This document shows, piece after piece, positions 26,674 through 42,000 of a stretch of DNA of 64,000 bases. A program made the position numbers and the translations under genes. The first letter of the stretch is position 1; each line of letters starts with the position of its first letter. Location of the stretch: assembly GCA_965235115.1 (NCBI GenBank), contig OZ249436.1, positions 42,100,001 through 42,164,000 of the forward strand. Direction: 5' to 3'. Source of the stretch: Laetmonice hystrix (Eukaryota). The notes beneath the pieces were generated by a model, which searched no databases, was not told where the DNA came from, and saw nothing but the letters and a program-made list of their open reading frames with translations.

Positions 26674-29600
26674 ATTTCAAATATTAATTTTTTGGAGTGT
26701 ATAATATTGTTTTCACAGGCTTTGGTATCGTATACAGAGGTACCTTCGACGCATTTTGAGTAAATAGTAGATCACGTTTTTATGTCACTCGCCTTGTCCA
26801 GGCAGACAGCCCTTTTCCAGGGATTGTCATTGAATTCCTTAAAGTTAATTAAGGAGAGGTCGGCTCACCTCTCATGTTAAAAAACCAGGGTCTGAATATA
26901 TGATAATCCTTTACCAAGGAAGAAAATTTTAATCTCTGTTCGCAGTTTCTGTATTATCTTCAGAAAAACACGGAATCTTTTTCTTCTTCAAAAGGCGATG
27001 TGAGGAAATTCGGTTTTAGTGCATTTCGAGGTCTCTTAATTATGGGGCAGGTGCAGGAGGAACTGAATGTCACGGGAAACGTAAGCTGGGAAGATTTTGT
27101 TTCCATTTGAAATGAAACAAACGCAAAAAGAGTTGTCACTATCAATTTGCAGTTTCATCTTTTCCGCAGTAAACACGCTTCAACACTGAAAAGAATTTTA
27201 AGACCGGATTGCAGCGTTCGGATGAAAATGTGAATTAAATAACACAGCTTGGGAATCAGTCAACAATAATTTTGTCATCTCATCAAAGTTTAATCAATCT
27301 CAAAGAATGATGAGAGCAACATAACATTATTTGAAATAATATTGGAGTTGATGATGCGCGATTTCAGTTATGGAGTAGAAATAAAACCAATCGTAACAAG
27401 ATAATTAATTCATTCAGTTTTATAATTAAAATATTATATTATTTATATTAGTTATAATACAATATTTTTACTAAATAATTAATAATTCATCAAATTGATA
27501 TTCATAAATAATTTACACTGGTATCAGCAGTATACATGATATTTATATTTATTTGTTTCACGTTGATAAAAACTATATTACACTTTCAGTAAAGTATCAA
27601 TATCATGTAATAATAAACCAAGAAATTGATAAACCTTTATAAATCCTTGTCATGGTGCACTGAATTAATGAAAATATATATAAATTATATTGTCAGCGAC
27701 AAATTGAAATTAGAAAGCTATCATATAGATTACAATTAACATATAAGAAATATAGCAATATTATTAAAAGCAAGTTACAAATTGTACTTTTGATACTTTT
27801 AGCATTGGCCTGCCCATCTGTCAACTGGCATGATGAAACAAACCTGATTAGTACCAGAAAATAACTTTGAAGAGAACAAGCTCAAAAAAATGATGGTTCT
27901 TTGTTTTCGACACTAATTGGCAACCACGACTGACGCCTGTTTGGAAATTGGATCCGCAAGTCTTAATTAGGTAGAGCTGTAACCAAGGTGCCTCATTCCA
28001 AGGTTAGAATGGATCTAAGCGAACGATGTAAGAAGAGTGGAAATAATGTGACAGACATTTTCAAAACAATCAGTGTGTCGCATTCCTCCGAATCGACAGT
28101 GATACTATGATAAGCAGGCACTTTGAATGGGATGAGTCATCATGCCTTGCCGATTATTCTTTTTGATGATAATAAATATGGAACAATTTCTCTCTAATTA
28201 TTAAATCATCGAGATCTGCGGATTGGGAGCAGTGGTTGTATATTTGTAGCGAATGCACCAAGGTATGACGTCAAACGTCAATGCTTCGGGTGCACTGCCG
28301 TACTACACTGATCTATTTTTAATGGGGTCTGTGTCTCAATGGTTTCTAGAGTTCTTTATAAGGAAAATTACAGTATGCAGTTTGTATGACTATAAGGCAG
28401 TAAGTTCCAGTTTGTACTTGTTTGAAAAAGTCATACATCAGACGTAATTCGTACTAAGCTCCCGTTTGAAGTGTTTCATTGTTTATCATAATGATGTATG
28501 GACCTGCAGGTTTATTACCTAGTTTTGCATTTAACACGTTACAATCATAACTCATAATCCGAAGGTGTCTTCGTGACGCAACATCAAAGTAGGTGTTGAA
28601 TTGGAGCGAGCAGGGACAAGATTATGTGCGTCTCCTCAGATGGCCAGGCCATATTGCTCGTTTGAAGTAAACGGCCTCTGGATCGACGAAAGACTGAAAG
28701 CTTTCCTGGGATGTGTTATTAGTGGCCATCAGTGGCTCTATGCAGTATTGTGAGTGGCATACAAAGTAGCATTTTAAATCAAGCACATCAAAGTTGTCCT
28801 CCCACTGCCTAAAGAGATGAAAGTGAATGGCTGACTTGATTTGGATGAGTCTCTCTCATCAGCTGATTCATGTGATTTTTTTTGGCGGGGGGGGGGGGGG
28901 CATCTTCCTGGTAATAATGCAGCCATCAGATTGGCAGCCAATGGATGCCTACCAGTACATCTATAGTGTCATCTACATACTATAATAGTATCGCATTTTG
29001 TGCGGACCTCAGGCATCAGCAAGGTAAAACACAGTTCTCTTCTTAATTTAACCTCTCGCCGCACCGTACTTCTTGTACTGTCGAAGGAGATTTACAGCTG
29101 AAGCATTGTTAATACAGATATGCCGGGAGTATTGTCTGACGGTGATGGCAGCTTAGGCGTAAAGCTGGCAATACCGTCGACAGGGTTACTGATGGAGTTG
29201 AAAGAATGTGTGTGCTCTCTGAGCACCCGTCTGACAGCTGATAGCTGTCCGCGACAGCTGACCACCGGTTGTCTGCCTCAGGGTCACCTTGATGCTGACG
29301 GCGTTGCCCTGTTTGCTTTGATGTGACTGAATGCCTGCACCCCAATAGCCTAAGGCGGGACCCCTTCCCTGACCCTCCATACTCCCAGTCGAAAGGAAGG
29401 GGGGGGGGGGGCTTGTGCTGCAATAGTCAAATACCTATATTTGACCTGCATGATACAAATACCATAAGTCACGGTGATATCACTTGTATCATCTTTTCAG
29501 TTTGCATATCCGTTAAAAACGATATGCCTAGGCTATATAACGAAGAAGGTTTGCGAAACCTCATAACTCGACATCTCCCCCTGAAGGCATAAGTCATTTA

Positions 29601-31912
29601 ATTTTTCTATTTAAATATAAACTCTTTACGTGTTTTTCAGTCTGACAATAGAGTCATATATCAACGGATAATGCTTCATAATGCCCAAGGTAATAATGTG
29701 TAAATGTTCTATTAAGACTGATGCAACTGTCTTCCTGGGAGAAAAAAAAACAGCCTTAAGGTCCAAAGGCCAACACAGATAACATATTGGTCTAGGGACT
29801 CTAGGGGACAAAGGTGGGGCGCACATCTGGCCATTTTGCGACCAGATGGCTGTGACTAAATATTGCCTAGCAAACAGTTCAACCCCAGTCCCCTCCCCCG
29901 ACCCCCTTCAGCATTTCAACAGACAAGATCACCTTAACAAGAGGGCATTCAGCGACAAGCCGATTGTCACCCGATGTGTTTGTGAAGGGTAGGGTCACTC
30001 ACCGCACAAATATCTCAGGTCAACCAGTGCCATCAGTGACCAAAAAACAAGAACTGCATGGCGGCCAGCTGTCACTAAGTGTAAAGCTCCACGCTCGGTC
30101 GTGACCAGTCACTTACTCTGATAATAGAAATAGATTTTCCTTTCATACAACCTCCAAGTAGACCAGGATTTTTTTATAGCTATAGTTTAGATGTATAATA
30201 TATCGAAAAGAAATGTCTTCGCAGTAAATAGGACCTCAGCGAATATACACGCCTGTATAATTGTAGTGTAAAATACTATCTTGTTACGATCTTCACAGCT
30301 TTGAATTGATCAAAATCATTATGAAGGAGCAATCATTTCCACCCACGTAGCGCTTATGCAACTGAAGGTAAATAAAGAAAGGATTGAAGCGTCGTCCGCA
30401 GTATTTACATAGGTAAAATGGGTAGCATGAATTTCAAACATTCATTTAAATAGAACCGTTTTTCTGTTGCTCTACAAGGAAGCTTTAGGGTCGGCATCTG
30501 GCTGGCGTGAATGATAAATAGCAAAAGGCAAAATGCAACCATAAAAATACTGTAGCCATTATTGGCCTGTCCATTTTCGACCAACATTGGCAATACGTTA
30601 ACCCAGCGATATCCTCATGAAACACCCATAAGAAACCTTGCGGGTTTTCCTTTCTCAAAGCATTATAATTTTGTCCTAATTTTCACAGTCTATACCCATA
30701 ACTATATCTATGATAAATAATCATGGTACCGCTACTAATGTCTTGTCAAATTGACAGACGGTCTACGATAGTTGACAGCTTATAGGCCTATATCGTTGCA
30801 TCAAGACTTGTACCTATTTTTTTTACTATATTCGTCACCCAGGGCAGCTTGAGTATACAACGTGTTGGCCACCAGCCACTGGGTACGAATCGGTCTACAA
30901 CTCTGGCTGTCAAGTGACGCGACGGGCCAAGGTCTGACCCCTGTGACATTGGCAGGCCCCTCACTGACCCCCACTGGCCAAGCATGACCCAGTTGCCCTT
31001 GGAGCGGTCAGCTGTTTCAGACTGTTCACTTAGGGGACATTACAAGCATTTAGCTATAGTTTGTGCAATGTTTCGTCCAACTTGTCGCGTCTATAATATA
31101 GAATTTGGAGATGCGAAAGAAAAAAGGAAGGTTATAGATCTAGTCACTGATGCCCAAACTGTGTACCGGCAGGTTAAAAAATAGAAACAACGAAAGATAC
31201 AGAAGATTGTGCGGAAGATGACTGTGCAGAAGTTTGATACTGCTATGTTACAGGACATTTTCTGCTTAAAATCAAAGGATTGTGAGCAACAGCAAAAAGG
31301 AGAATATTCTTTGAAAAAAGGAGACTTTGTACACGTAATTTCGTAAATATAAAAATCATTTTATTAGTTTGCACTTGCAAAAAGTGCAATATACAACCCC
31401 CCCCCCCCCCCCCCCCCCCCCCCCAAAAAAAAGGCTGCGGCCATCCATTCTGCTTCCTGGCGGAACCGTACACTGCGTGCGCACGATATAGCTTCCCGAC
31501 GAAACCGTTAATTTTTCTTTGACACCTTCACGCGAGTACCTCGCTGCTTAATTCATCATAAAAATCTGTCGCGAAAATAACGACAGTGTTTTGTTTACTG
31601 CGGATAACTCCGGCTAAAATCTATGTTGAAAGGGGGGCAGGTCTAAGAAAAAACTCGCGTCTTTCCAGATTAGTTTTCACATATTTAAAAAAAAATACTT
31701 GGGAAATCCAATCAAGCAAGTAGACAGAGATATGGAACCTAATTATCATACACTACTGAAGCAATGTTTTCGCCAATTTGTCCATGTATATGAAATGGTT
31801 GACACAAATCCTTTAAAACTTTTTCTTTTTCAGTTATGCGATGACTCTTAGGCAAATTATCTGTATTCACTAACATGAAGCTAACAATATTGAGACGTTG
31901 GTTTTTATTACC

Positions 31913-32166
31913 CAGTGGCATATCCAGATTTTTTAAAGGGGGGTTTCCGAAGTTCAGGTACTTCAGAGGTGGCCATTACGCCGTGGTTCTCTGGGAATTT
32001 AAAAAAAGGACATCAAATAATGCAATCGTGGGACATCTTGTGTGAAAATATGCAGGTGGTTAAACTAATGCATTTTACACCCCCTTTTTCACAAAAATAG
32101 CCTTAATATAGTAATTTTTTTAAGGGGGGGGTCCGGGATACTTGGAAACCCCCTGGATACGCCAGG
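31913..32166. mobile_element. MITE (PIF/Harbinger-like termini)
   Basis: CAGTGGCATATCCAG...GGGGGGTTTCC and GGAAACCCCCTGGATACGCCAG inverted ends. Confidence 0.65.
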
Positions 32167-35162
32167 TTGGTTTGTTCTCATGTGAACCGATGCCTTGGAT
32201 GATCATATGACTTTGACTGAGTTCTTATTCTGGCAACACGCCAGGGCATAGATCTACTGTTTGGATGTACAGTTTTCATTCCCTTGCGATGTATGATACC
32301 TTTTTTTGGCAAGTTTGAATTTGAGTCGACGATGTGACGCTTTGCCAAGTCAAGTGCTTGGGTAAGCCTTGCACAAAAAGAAAGTCAAAATCTTCGCTTT
32401 TCAGTGCTGAGTATGCAGCATAAAATGAACACTTCATTCTCAGTGAATAATTAGTCGGTAGTTTGGACGTTTGGTCAATTCTTGTCATGGAACTGTTGTT
32501 TGGCTTTATTTCTGCCTCGAGTGCACCTTTGATGGCGCAGTAGCCTATCTGGCACGGTAGATCTTGGCCACATCCCAATTTTCTCCTCAGCGTCCGATCA
32601 ACTGGCTTATTGTTTACATGGCCAATAAAAAAACGGAAAATGGAGAGTATAGAACCGCGGTACGCGGTTGTTTGCCCTTCTTCAGTTTTGTGGTGTTTGT
32701 CGCCAGGGGTCGCCTTCAACAGATGTGCCCATGGACGACTCGTAGAGAAATATTCAAATTCCTTTAAATATATAGAAACGGCACTAATTGTTATCTCTAG
32801 GAATAGAGCCTACATGATTACTTGCCGTAACACGTGTTGGAGTGCTGCGCACAGTTTAGGAAATGACGACGAGCTCTGCGACAGCAGATCTAGGAAATTT
32901 AACAAATGCGACGGTTCGCTCGGTTTTAATGCCGATTTCAGCCCTAGGGCTGTCGTGATTTCGATTTAGGCCTACAATGAACCGTGTTAATGTACATAGG
33001 TTTCGCTAAATCCTCGTGCAAGACATCGTCTATTCCTATAAGGTGATTGTGACTGTTAGGACCTTTTGCTGTAATTTGAAGCCGACTTTTTAAACCATTC
33101 CGTCGCCATTTTGAATGGAAGCCTACTACGCATGCACAGTAAGCCTACATACCCAGTACCAAAAAAATCAACAGCGGCTATACAGGCGAGCCGGACCATA
33201 ATAGAGATAGGCCTATTGCTAGGTCGCCTGTAACTCCCTCATCGTATAACTACAGGGGTCCTTGTCTTCTCTGTCCATGATGGTACTGCCTCTTAGCCTT
33301 GCTCCGACAGCAAGTTGTAGGTATTTGTCATGCAGTTCTGTCCTCCACGTAGGCTAGGCCTTTTTACCCCCGATAGCTACCCGGCAATTATTGTCACGTT
33401 TTCACTGCGTATTATGTAATAAGTAAACGTGAGCATTTCCCATAGAAGAAGAATATGTACACCATGTCATGTTTACTTTTTGAACAGATCAGAATCCGTG
33501 TAAGTGTTTACAGGTAGAGGTAGTCTTTTCCCGGGTATTAGGCAAGAAAATTGGCATTTAGTAAGGGGCTATATACATACGTAGGCCTACTTTAAAATGT
33601 TTTCCCCATGCCAAGGGTCATTTTAAATCAGAAGCAAAGTCAAATGAAACAGGCTGTGCAGTTGGCATATAGACCTAAATTAGTGTAGAGCGGGGCGAGA
33701 CGCCCCCTTTAAGGGTCAAAGCATTACCAGGCCGTCCCGTGTTATCAGAATGAGTAGTTTTTTTTGTGGAAAGAAACATATAAATTTTAGCTACTTATTG
33801 CTAATATGCTTTAGCTTATCCTTTTTACAACATTGAAAAAATGAATTATTTCGAATAAAATTGCAAAGGGGCGTCTTGCCCCCCAGAGGTAAGACGCCCC
33901 CCTGGAGGCGTGGCACAGCTGGATTCCCATCCTTCCAGTACCATTTTTCTCAATGGTCATGAAAGGCTTTGGTATGTCTCGATGGAAAAATTCATTTAGA
34001 CCTACAATATTATACTTTATTGGAGAAAGGACGTCGTTTTGTAGGCCTACTCTCTGGACCTGACCTATTTTATTCTAGATGTCAGCCTTGCATGTTAGGC
34101 TGATAAAAAAAGGTAGGCCTAAATACGTTTACGCGGGACCATCAAGAAGGGAGTATCTTTGTAGGCCTATGGATAGATATAATGGTGGATTCAGGGGTCC
34201 CCACCCGACCCGGCCCCCTATTTTCCAAAAATGCATACTCTATATGTTATGAAACCCCGTCTCCGGCGTTCCTGACAAAGATCCTGGGGGAAGGCCCTCA
34301 GGCCCCCAGGCCCCCAGGCCCCCAAAATTGGCAACGACTCTTAGGAGGCCATCCATTTTCCAACAAAAGGTACCCCCCCCCCCCCTCCTGAAATCCTGGA
34401 TCGTCACTGATAGAGTATTTTCCAAACAAAGTAACTATATTATGTTTAGTTGTTCAAGATCAAATGGCGAGACCGAAAAAGGCATTATATTGAATAAGGT
34501 ACTTTTACTTTGTTGCTTAATTTATTTTTAAAATATCTCTATCAGATGACGGCGTAATATACTGTATCAGTTGAACTTCTCAATATTTATGAGTCGTTAT
34601 ACGTGGAAACGTTTCTCTCTCGGGCTCATGAATGTTTTTTGAGTACTAATATTTCCGCAACCGTCGACCAAATGCTACTGTGAGATGGTCTGTTGTGCGC
34701 TATGTTGGTTGAAACTAAAAAGTCGCGACTCAGTAAAAGCAGAGACCCGGCAGCAGATACTATTACGTCTTCTTTTTGTCTGTACTTTTTATGGCGACCT
34801 TGCTATAGAACACACTCTGTAACATAATGTACAGCTCGTAGAATTTAACAGTAGACCTATCGATGAGGAAGATGAAATATGTCCCCTCCCTCCGTAAATG
34901 TTTACTAGATCGTTCCTATCGCCCTGAATATTACTGAAATACTGTCGACAGAGCGTAAAACCTCCAATTCACTCACTTATTCACCATTCATTCTGCTTTG
35001 ATGCTGTAACTTTATTATAAATCATTAGGCAACCCTATGTAATAATTATAATTTAATCACATATTAAGGAATCATGAGATTTCCACTTCCTCCGTGCAAA
35101 CATCTGAAGCAAAGTTTAATCTGATCTCAGGTAATTAAGGTCATGACTTCCTGTTGCAGCTA

Positions 35163-36036
35163 TATATTCGGGTAGGCCAGAAAGAACCTGGAACTCTCTT
35201 TTCTTGACTGTAACTTGTATAACTTTTATACTGATGTCATAATATTTTGCACATGATATCATATGGTTAATTGGACGTGTGGTACAAATTTCAGATAAAT
35301 AGGTCAAAACGTCTAAAAAATAGTGCCATTTTAAAGACTGCATATCAAAAACTGCAAAGTGGTGCTGCACCTTTTAGACAGCGTTATTGCCATTGGGTCG
35401 GAATGACGTGACATCTGTCAATCAAATGCCACCAGCCAAAACAGACTGGTGGCCGGTTAGACTCTGTTTTGACTTTTGACACATTTCATCAGGAACTTTC
35501 ACATAGAGCAGGTTGTTTCCGAAAATGTCAGCATGGTGTTCAGTGATGATGACAGAGCTGTTATTGAAGCTTGTTATCTGGGAAAAGGATGGGTTTACAC
35601 CATTTAAAGGGGTTCCCTCTCTGAAAAGGTCTTCAATGTTCACACACACTAAATCACGGAGAACGAACGGAAAGAGAAAATTCGGGAAAAGTGGGAGGAA
35701 ATTATACTCTGGGAGAAGTCAGGAAGTCAATCGGTTCATTCACAAAGAGAATGCATGGGCTGGGTGTCAACAGGACAGGATTTGTATCGACCCCCTTTTC
35801 AACTGAAATAGGTAGTTGAAACCTATTGGTTCTTCGGCATTGCATTTTTTCGACATGTGATGTTTGATTCCCTGCCACTTTAAGAGGTTTTCACCTATAT
35901 GTCTGAAATTATCTGCTATTAACCACATGATATCATACAACAAATATCATTGGCAAACTATGCAAATTGTAGAAGCTATAAATCTATAACTATAGTCAAT
36001 TAAAGAGTGTCCAGTTTTTTCTGGCCTATACCCGAT
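35163..36036 (+). mobile_element. Decayed, internally deleted Tc1/mariner element
   Basis: Degenerate ~170 bp inverted termini (CGGGTAGGCCAGAAAGAACCTGG...CATGATATCATATGGTTAAT versus its reverse complement at ~35870-36036). The internal reading MVFSDDDRAVIEACYLGKGW from 35533 resembles the N-terminus of invertebrate mariner-like transposases, then hits a stop. Confidence 0.65.
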
Positions 36037-39000
36037 AGATGAAACGGTCCGCTTTCAGCTATGCGCCGCGCAAACATATATATTCATGCATGTAATTAAT
36101 GACTTTTTTTTTACATGTATCCTAATATAGTACACTCCCAACGGCAAGGAATCGTGTCAGGAATGAATTACTCATAATACCCAGATTTATTTTGCCGGTC
36201 GTGGCGCTACATTTAGCCTTTAATAAACTAAGTGGGAAAGGTAACCTGTTCAATCCGAATACCAACAGTGTTACGTTTCAGTACACCACATAATAAAGTC
36301 TATACGTGTCGTATTATGTGTTCCATACAGGTAGCTGTGTATCCAGCCTGCCTCGCCTCTTGCCCATCCTCCTATTATAGTCCTGGAACCATCCTTCCTG
36401 TGATATTTCCTTCCCCTGAGGCATACTCTACACATGTGCAGGTCAAAGGCTCCACTGCTCCTCGCGAAATGGGAGTGTTGAGCTTTGCTATTAATAGCTC
36501 CCATGTGTGTAACCTTCGTGCCAAATGGTATCATGTTCCTTTTAATTTAGGCAAATGAAGTCACAGTCTGACGCGTTTTCATCTAATTTGAAAAATTCAT
36601 GGCAAAAAGAATGAGCTCTATCAAGTGTCGAGAACTAAAAATTAAATGCCTTGGTGTTAAGTGGTTATGAAATAGAAATAGTATTAAATGTGGACTTAGT
36701 TATAGTTTATTTAGTAAAATAGGCCTACCTGTAGAAAATATACGCCTGTATGCAGGTCAACATAAAGAACGAACTTTGGCTTTGGTACGTAAATACCGCT
36801 ATAAGAATGAATAATAAACACTTGTTCAACAACTTGAATTGAAAAATATGTCTGAAACGCTCCATAGAATTTTGAAAAAACTCCCTGTTAAACTTTTTTG
36901 TCTATTTTGTTGCCTATTATATTACGAACCATCCAGCCATGACGAAACTGCTTATTGGGTAGTTATAACTGAAAGGAGATAGTAACTCCAAGTGCTTGGA
37001 GTCGAAAATATTACAATGTGCACATGTTTCTGAATATACATGTATAGTCTCCATGTATCCCATGACCCCAGTTATTGCACTTATTGAAGAAACTGAAAGA
37101 TTCCATACGCGAGTTTTATATAAGTGTGTCAACATTGACTACGAATGGCCGATGAAATGGAAAGGTTGTATTTATGTCACATTCTTGCATTAGATGCAGA
37201 TGAACTACACATTATTATTCGTCAATGCCGTACACCATGCACTACATTTCTTTGATGGCACAATAAGAGCACTAAAATCCATGCTGCATGACAAACCAAA
37301 TTCGACCTTTATTGCTGGTCCTACTTGTTGCTCTACTCATGACACCTATTATATAATAATGCTTGTATAAAATCATTGGAAATTTAATTGGGCAAACATT
37401 AAATCTGATCAATAGCCACATGTTTATTTAGGGATATGCGTCGCAATGCAAAGGAAATACATCTGTGAAATATACACGAGGGCCTCATGTCGGTTCATGC
37501 CTTGGGGCGTCCTCATTAGACCAGTTGGTATTATTCTGTTCACATACCCTGGTACTAAGTGACACTCTCTCCGCCGCTTGCACTAATAGAAGGATGCTCG
37601 GAAATCATGGGAAAAAGAAGAGATATATGATAAACAGGCTCTATTATTAAAGAAGAAAAAAACCACTATAGTTAAGTGGCTTAGGACGGAGACTTCTAGC
37701 TTTAAGTGGGGTAAAAGTGGGATACTAAAAAAGAAACCCAGCAGTTTTATGTTCTATGACCAGCAATATATTGTGCCGTTAGACATTTCAATTTCTTGCC
37801 AATGGTTATGGTATGTACGTAGAAATTCAGTCCAGCAAAGAGTTTTGCTTCTTTTTTGCTCTTTTCCCTTGCCCCCCCTCCATGTCAGTACATTGTACAT
37901 ACACATGCATGTGTATTCCAAGAAATATAAACGTATATTTATGTCTAATAAACTGACATAATTATCTTTCAATGAGAGGATTCGACTTTGAACAAAATAT
38001 AACCCAAAAAAAAGAACGCCGATAAATAGAAACAGAACGTTAAAGGTTTTCCGCTCTGGCGTTAACGCCGACTAATCAGAAGACAAAAAAACACCAGATA
38101 CCAGGTATATCAGGGCAGGTCATTGTCCTAATCTTCTCTTCAATAACATTCCAGCAATTACTAGGTAGACATTTAAATCTATGCGATCTATATCGTGATC
38201 CAGTTCTTTTCTTCTCTCAATGTTTTATATACGTCTCAGCTACTATAAATTGATTAAAAATATCTTTAATGTTCTTTTCCTTTAAAGTCACTGCCCCCCC
38301 CCCCCCCCCCCAGAATGAATACGTGGTTTTACGCCGTGTCAACAAAGGTCATCTCTCGGTGAAAACAGACTAAGAATATTGTAAAGTAAAATGGCCCTTC
38401 TCTGGATCCCAATGGGAACACCCCTTAAAAAATAAAAAGTGGCATGTTTAGGTCGGTACATTGTTACGGGCACCCCCACCCCCACTCCCTCCCAACGATA
38501 CCGATTAAGGACCGTTGTTCAAACATTAGTGAGGTGCCTTGCGTAATGTCGTTCGGGTTCGAATGAATTATGCCTACCCCTCCCCCATCATTTTTTTTAT
38601 CAGGAGCATAGTGTATAGGCCTATACTCATGAAATGTCTAATTCCAGCCTCAATTATTGTCTGCCCTATAAAAGCTTGCTGGTAGTGGTTGACGAAGGAT
38701 CCCCCCCCCCCCCCCCCATTTAAAATCAGAACGCACGTAAATTCCGACAATTTATATTAGGTGATATATTTGGTTTTTTAAATATTTTATTTGGCTAGAT
38801 ATTTATTATGACGGAGTCATGAACTTTGTATGGCCTGACCACCCGGCAATATAAGCCCTCATCACATTCATAAAGGTATTGTATACGGAAAGAGGCCCTA
38901 CTGATAAAATGTCAGTCTTGGCAAACGCCGTCCATTAAGTTTTATAACGCCTTCATTTTGTTAGCTACAGTAACGGTCTGTTGGTAATGGACTATGGTGC

Positions 39001-42000
39001 AAAATATTGTTCTGCTAATGTAACCAACCACCGTTTAAAAAAGACCCGCCTGAGGCCTTATACATTTCTATAAGGTCGACAGTAAATTATTAAAGATTGT
39101 ACGCTGGCGATGAGGTATTACCCAGTTAATATATTGCAGGTTCCGTCGAAATGTTACAATAATGATATTGCTTTCTATATTTTATCTTTTTCTTTTGAAA
39201 AACAGCCATCTTGTAGGATCGTTTGGGCAAATATTGTGAGGCTGTCAATTCAGCTTAACGCACAGATGTTTAGTAAATATACAATACATCTCACCAACCA
39301 TGACTTATTTCTAAGCATAGCCCATCCCTAGACTCTATCCATAAAACGTTTCCCTGAAAATGACTAATCTCCGCATGAGAAACGCTCTAAAGATCGGGGT
39401 TACGCTCTAAAGATCGGGGTGATAGCTCTGATAGCCCCTGGTGCAATGATATGCGACAGCGCAGTAACATACGTGGAATCCAATGGGGGGGGGGGCGAGA
39501 AGCATTAACGATCATCATGATCATTAAAGTGATTTGGCCCAAACATTCTGACATCCAAGCATCTCATTAAACCAACCGTGTAAAACTATAGGCCTATCTC
39601 ACGAAATACCCCCGCTTTTAGCAAATTGTGGATCAACGTATGAGTAGCTCATCAGTTAGACGTGGGCAATTCACCACACACGTCATAGTACCTGGCCATA
39701 GCCGGTTAGAGGGTATTCCAGTATTGGAAATATATTTCTGTATTCGCATATAGGTCTACTGCAGTAGGCCTGGTATTTCTCGTGAGTCTATAGATGCTCT
39801 TTTGATGCATCATGCATCCCCCTTTAAACTGTTCCAAACTATATGTAAACGTCATTATATTAGGTGCATCCGACAGAACAGATACAGGGTATCTGTTTCT
39901 GCTTCTCAATGATGCTGAAGGACAGACATACATGTCTGGTGGAGCATAAAAACCTATCCGGAGATCTTGACATCAGTGCCTCTGCTGACGTTTTTCTTCT
40001 CCTCTTCATGTGGATTCGACATAGCAGTGTCAGTGTAATGGGGCTGTCTGGGCTGACTGGCCAATACAAGAGCTAGCACGGCCAGGCAGGCCACATGTAT
40101 GGGAGGTCAGCACCTTCTGATGGCAGGCACTGCTCTAACCCATACATTTACCACGACGCCACACACCGGAGAGCTGCCCGCAGGAAAAGAAAGACTTGCA
40201 AAAACAACCGATTGCATCGTTCTGACCCGTTTTATAGAGCGTTTTACAAAGCATCCAAAATTGTGGACCTTTCTTTCCGGCACGTGGCTCAGGTATAGAT
40301 AGTTAGATCCAAAATTCTGGACCTTTTGGGGTTGTCAAAATTCAAGGAGGGGCCCCCTGATAAAAATATCCCTGGTTTATTCGTTTGAACAAAATCAGTA
40401 CCGATTTCGAAATTTGTACTTTCCTTTTTCAAAAATTTGGTGACATATTCCTGACCTTCCCCTATTTTGGCAGTCAACTGAACAAGGCACCCTTTTAAAA
40501 TGGTGCTAGTCAAAGGTTTGGAGACGTGATCTTTTTCCTTTCCTTTTCTATGGCCATATTTATAACTGATGGTGCTCATTCCATCTTCTGATTTTTAGAA
40601 TTATTAATAAATTATGACAACACTTATCCTCTATTTTCAATGATAATTCCACTTTTCAGAAAATTTAATTTATTAACCCTACTTTATGACGTCATGTTTT
40701 GTAGGGTTTAACTATAGTCCATTCTGCCTTTTTTCCTGCTTATGCATCAGAAACAGACATCCTTATACTATTTTGGGAGAAGTCTTCGACGGAACAGTCC
40801 ATGTCTTGGCTGATCAGTACATTATTACACAGCATCTGTTACATGCAATGCATCCTCTTACAGCAAAAGAAACGGTAAAAAAGTTCTCTCTCAACAGAGG
40901 AACCTATACAGTGTCAGTGGGACTTCATGCAGACCAAAAGTATAAACATCCCACAAAAATGGAAAGATTGGCTGATGAATGATCTGAGGGAAAGACACAC
41001 GAAACGCTGTACCACATTCACACTAAGTAGAACTACATGGGCCAGGTTAAAGTTTAACATGAAAAACAGATAGAAAAATACCTAGCATACTTACATCCAG
41101 AAGGATGGCACATTTACAATAATGCGTTATCAATTATACTAAAGACAGCTTTGCTTTCTGCTAACGGGGAATGCGACTTTTATAGGTATAGCCTGTGTTG
41201 TCCATACTGCATAGTCATTGACGAGCATAAGTCAGACGTAAATCTAAGAAAGACTCCAATAATTTGATGTAACATAATGGCAAACTGTTTTCTCTAGACT
41301 GGTACGGGTAATATGAGGCGCGGTAGGGGCTCCTGTCGACTGTTTCTTTTTCTTGAATAGGCGGTGCGGTTTGTCATAGCTTGCGGCAATCCTACGTGTG
41401 CCATCGAGTTCCGTGCCTAATAGGTCAGTGTGACAAGGTGGCCACGATCACAAACTTGCACACCTGAGACAGGTGGGGACGAGTGAATGGAGAAAGTTCA
41501 AGAAGAGCGGCCCAATGACAGCCCTGACGGGGACGTCCGCAGCCTCTGTGTATAGTGGGGCAGAATGCTGGGTTCAGGGAGTTGATCTGTTTGAGGTTCA
41601 CCACCACCCAAACATTGTGACCCTCGGTACTCAGTGGGTGGGCAGGGGGGCCAGACGGGCCGAGGGTTGAGGGAAGTCCGAGGATTGGGCGGGCTATTGT
41701 CATCTCATGGGGATGTAATGGGAGAGGGCAGGTGGCCAGGTTGGATGCACCTGGCCTGGTATACCCGCGGTTTCTTATAAAGGCCTCATAATGGTTGCCG
41801 GATAGTACACTATAGGTGTTGTATACGTATAATGACACCTGCTGCAGGGAGGGAGGGCAACAGAAACCTGCAGGCAACGAAGTACGCACAAAGTTACAGA
41901 CAGCCTACGAAACAAAACCGCTATGCGTACACCTTACACTTATATAATATTATATAGCAGTAGATCTCTGTGCAAATATGAGCATTAAATGAGCAAAAAA

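Noticed and set aside
34915..34990. SINE 3'-tail-like fragment
   Set aside because: Too short and degenerate to assign from the sequence alone.
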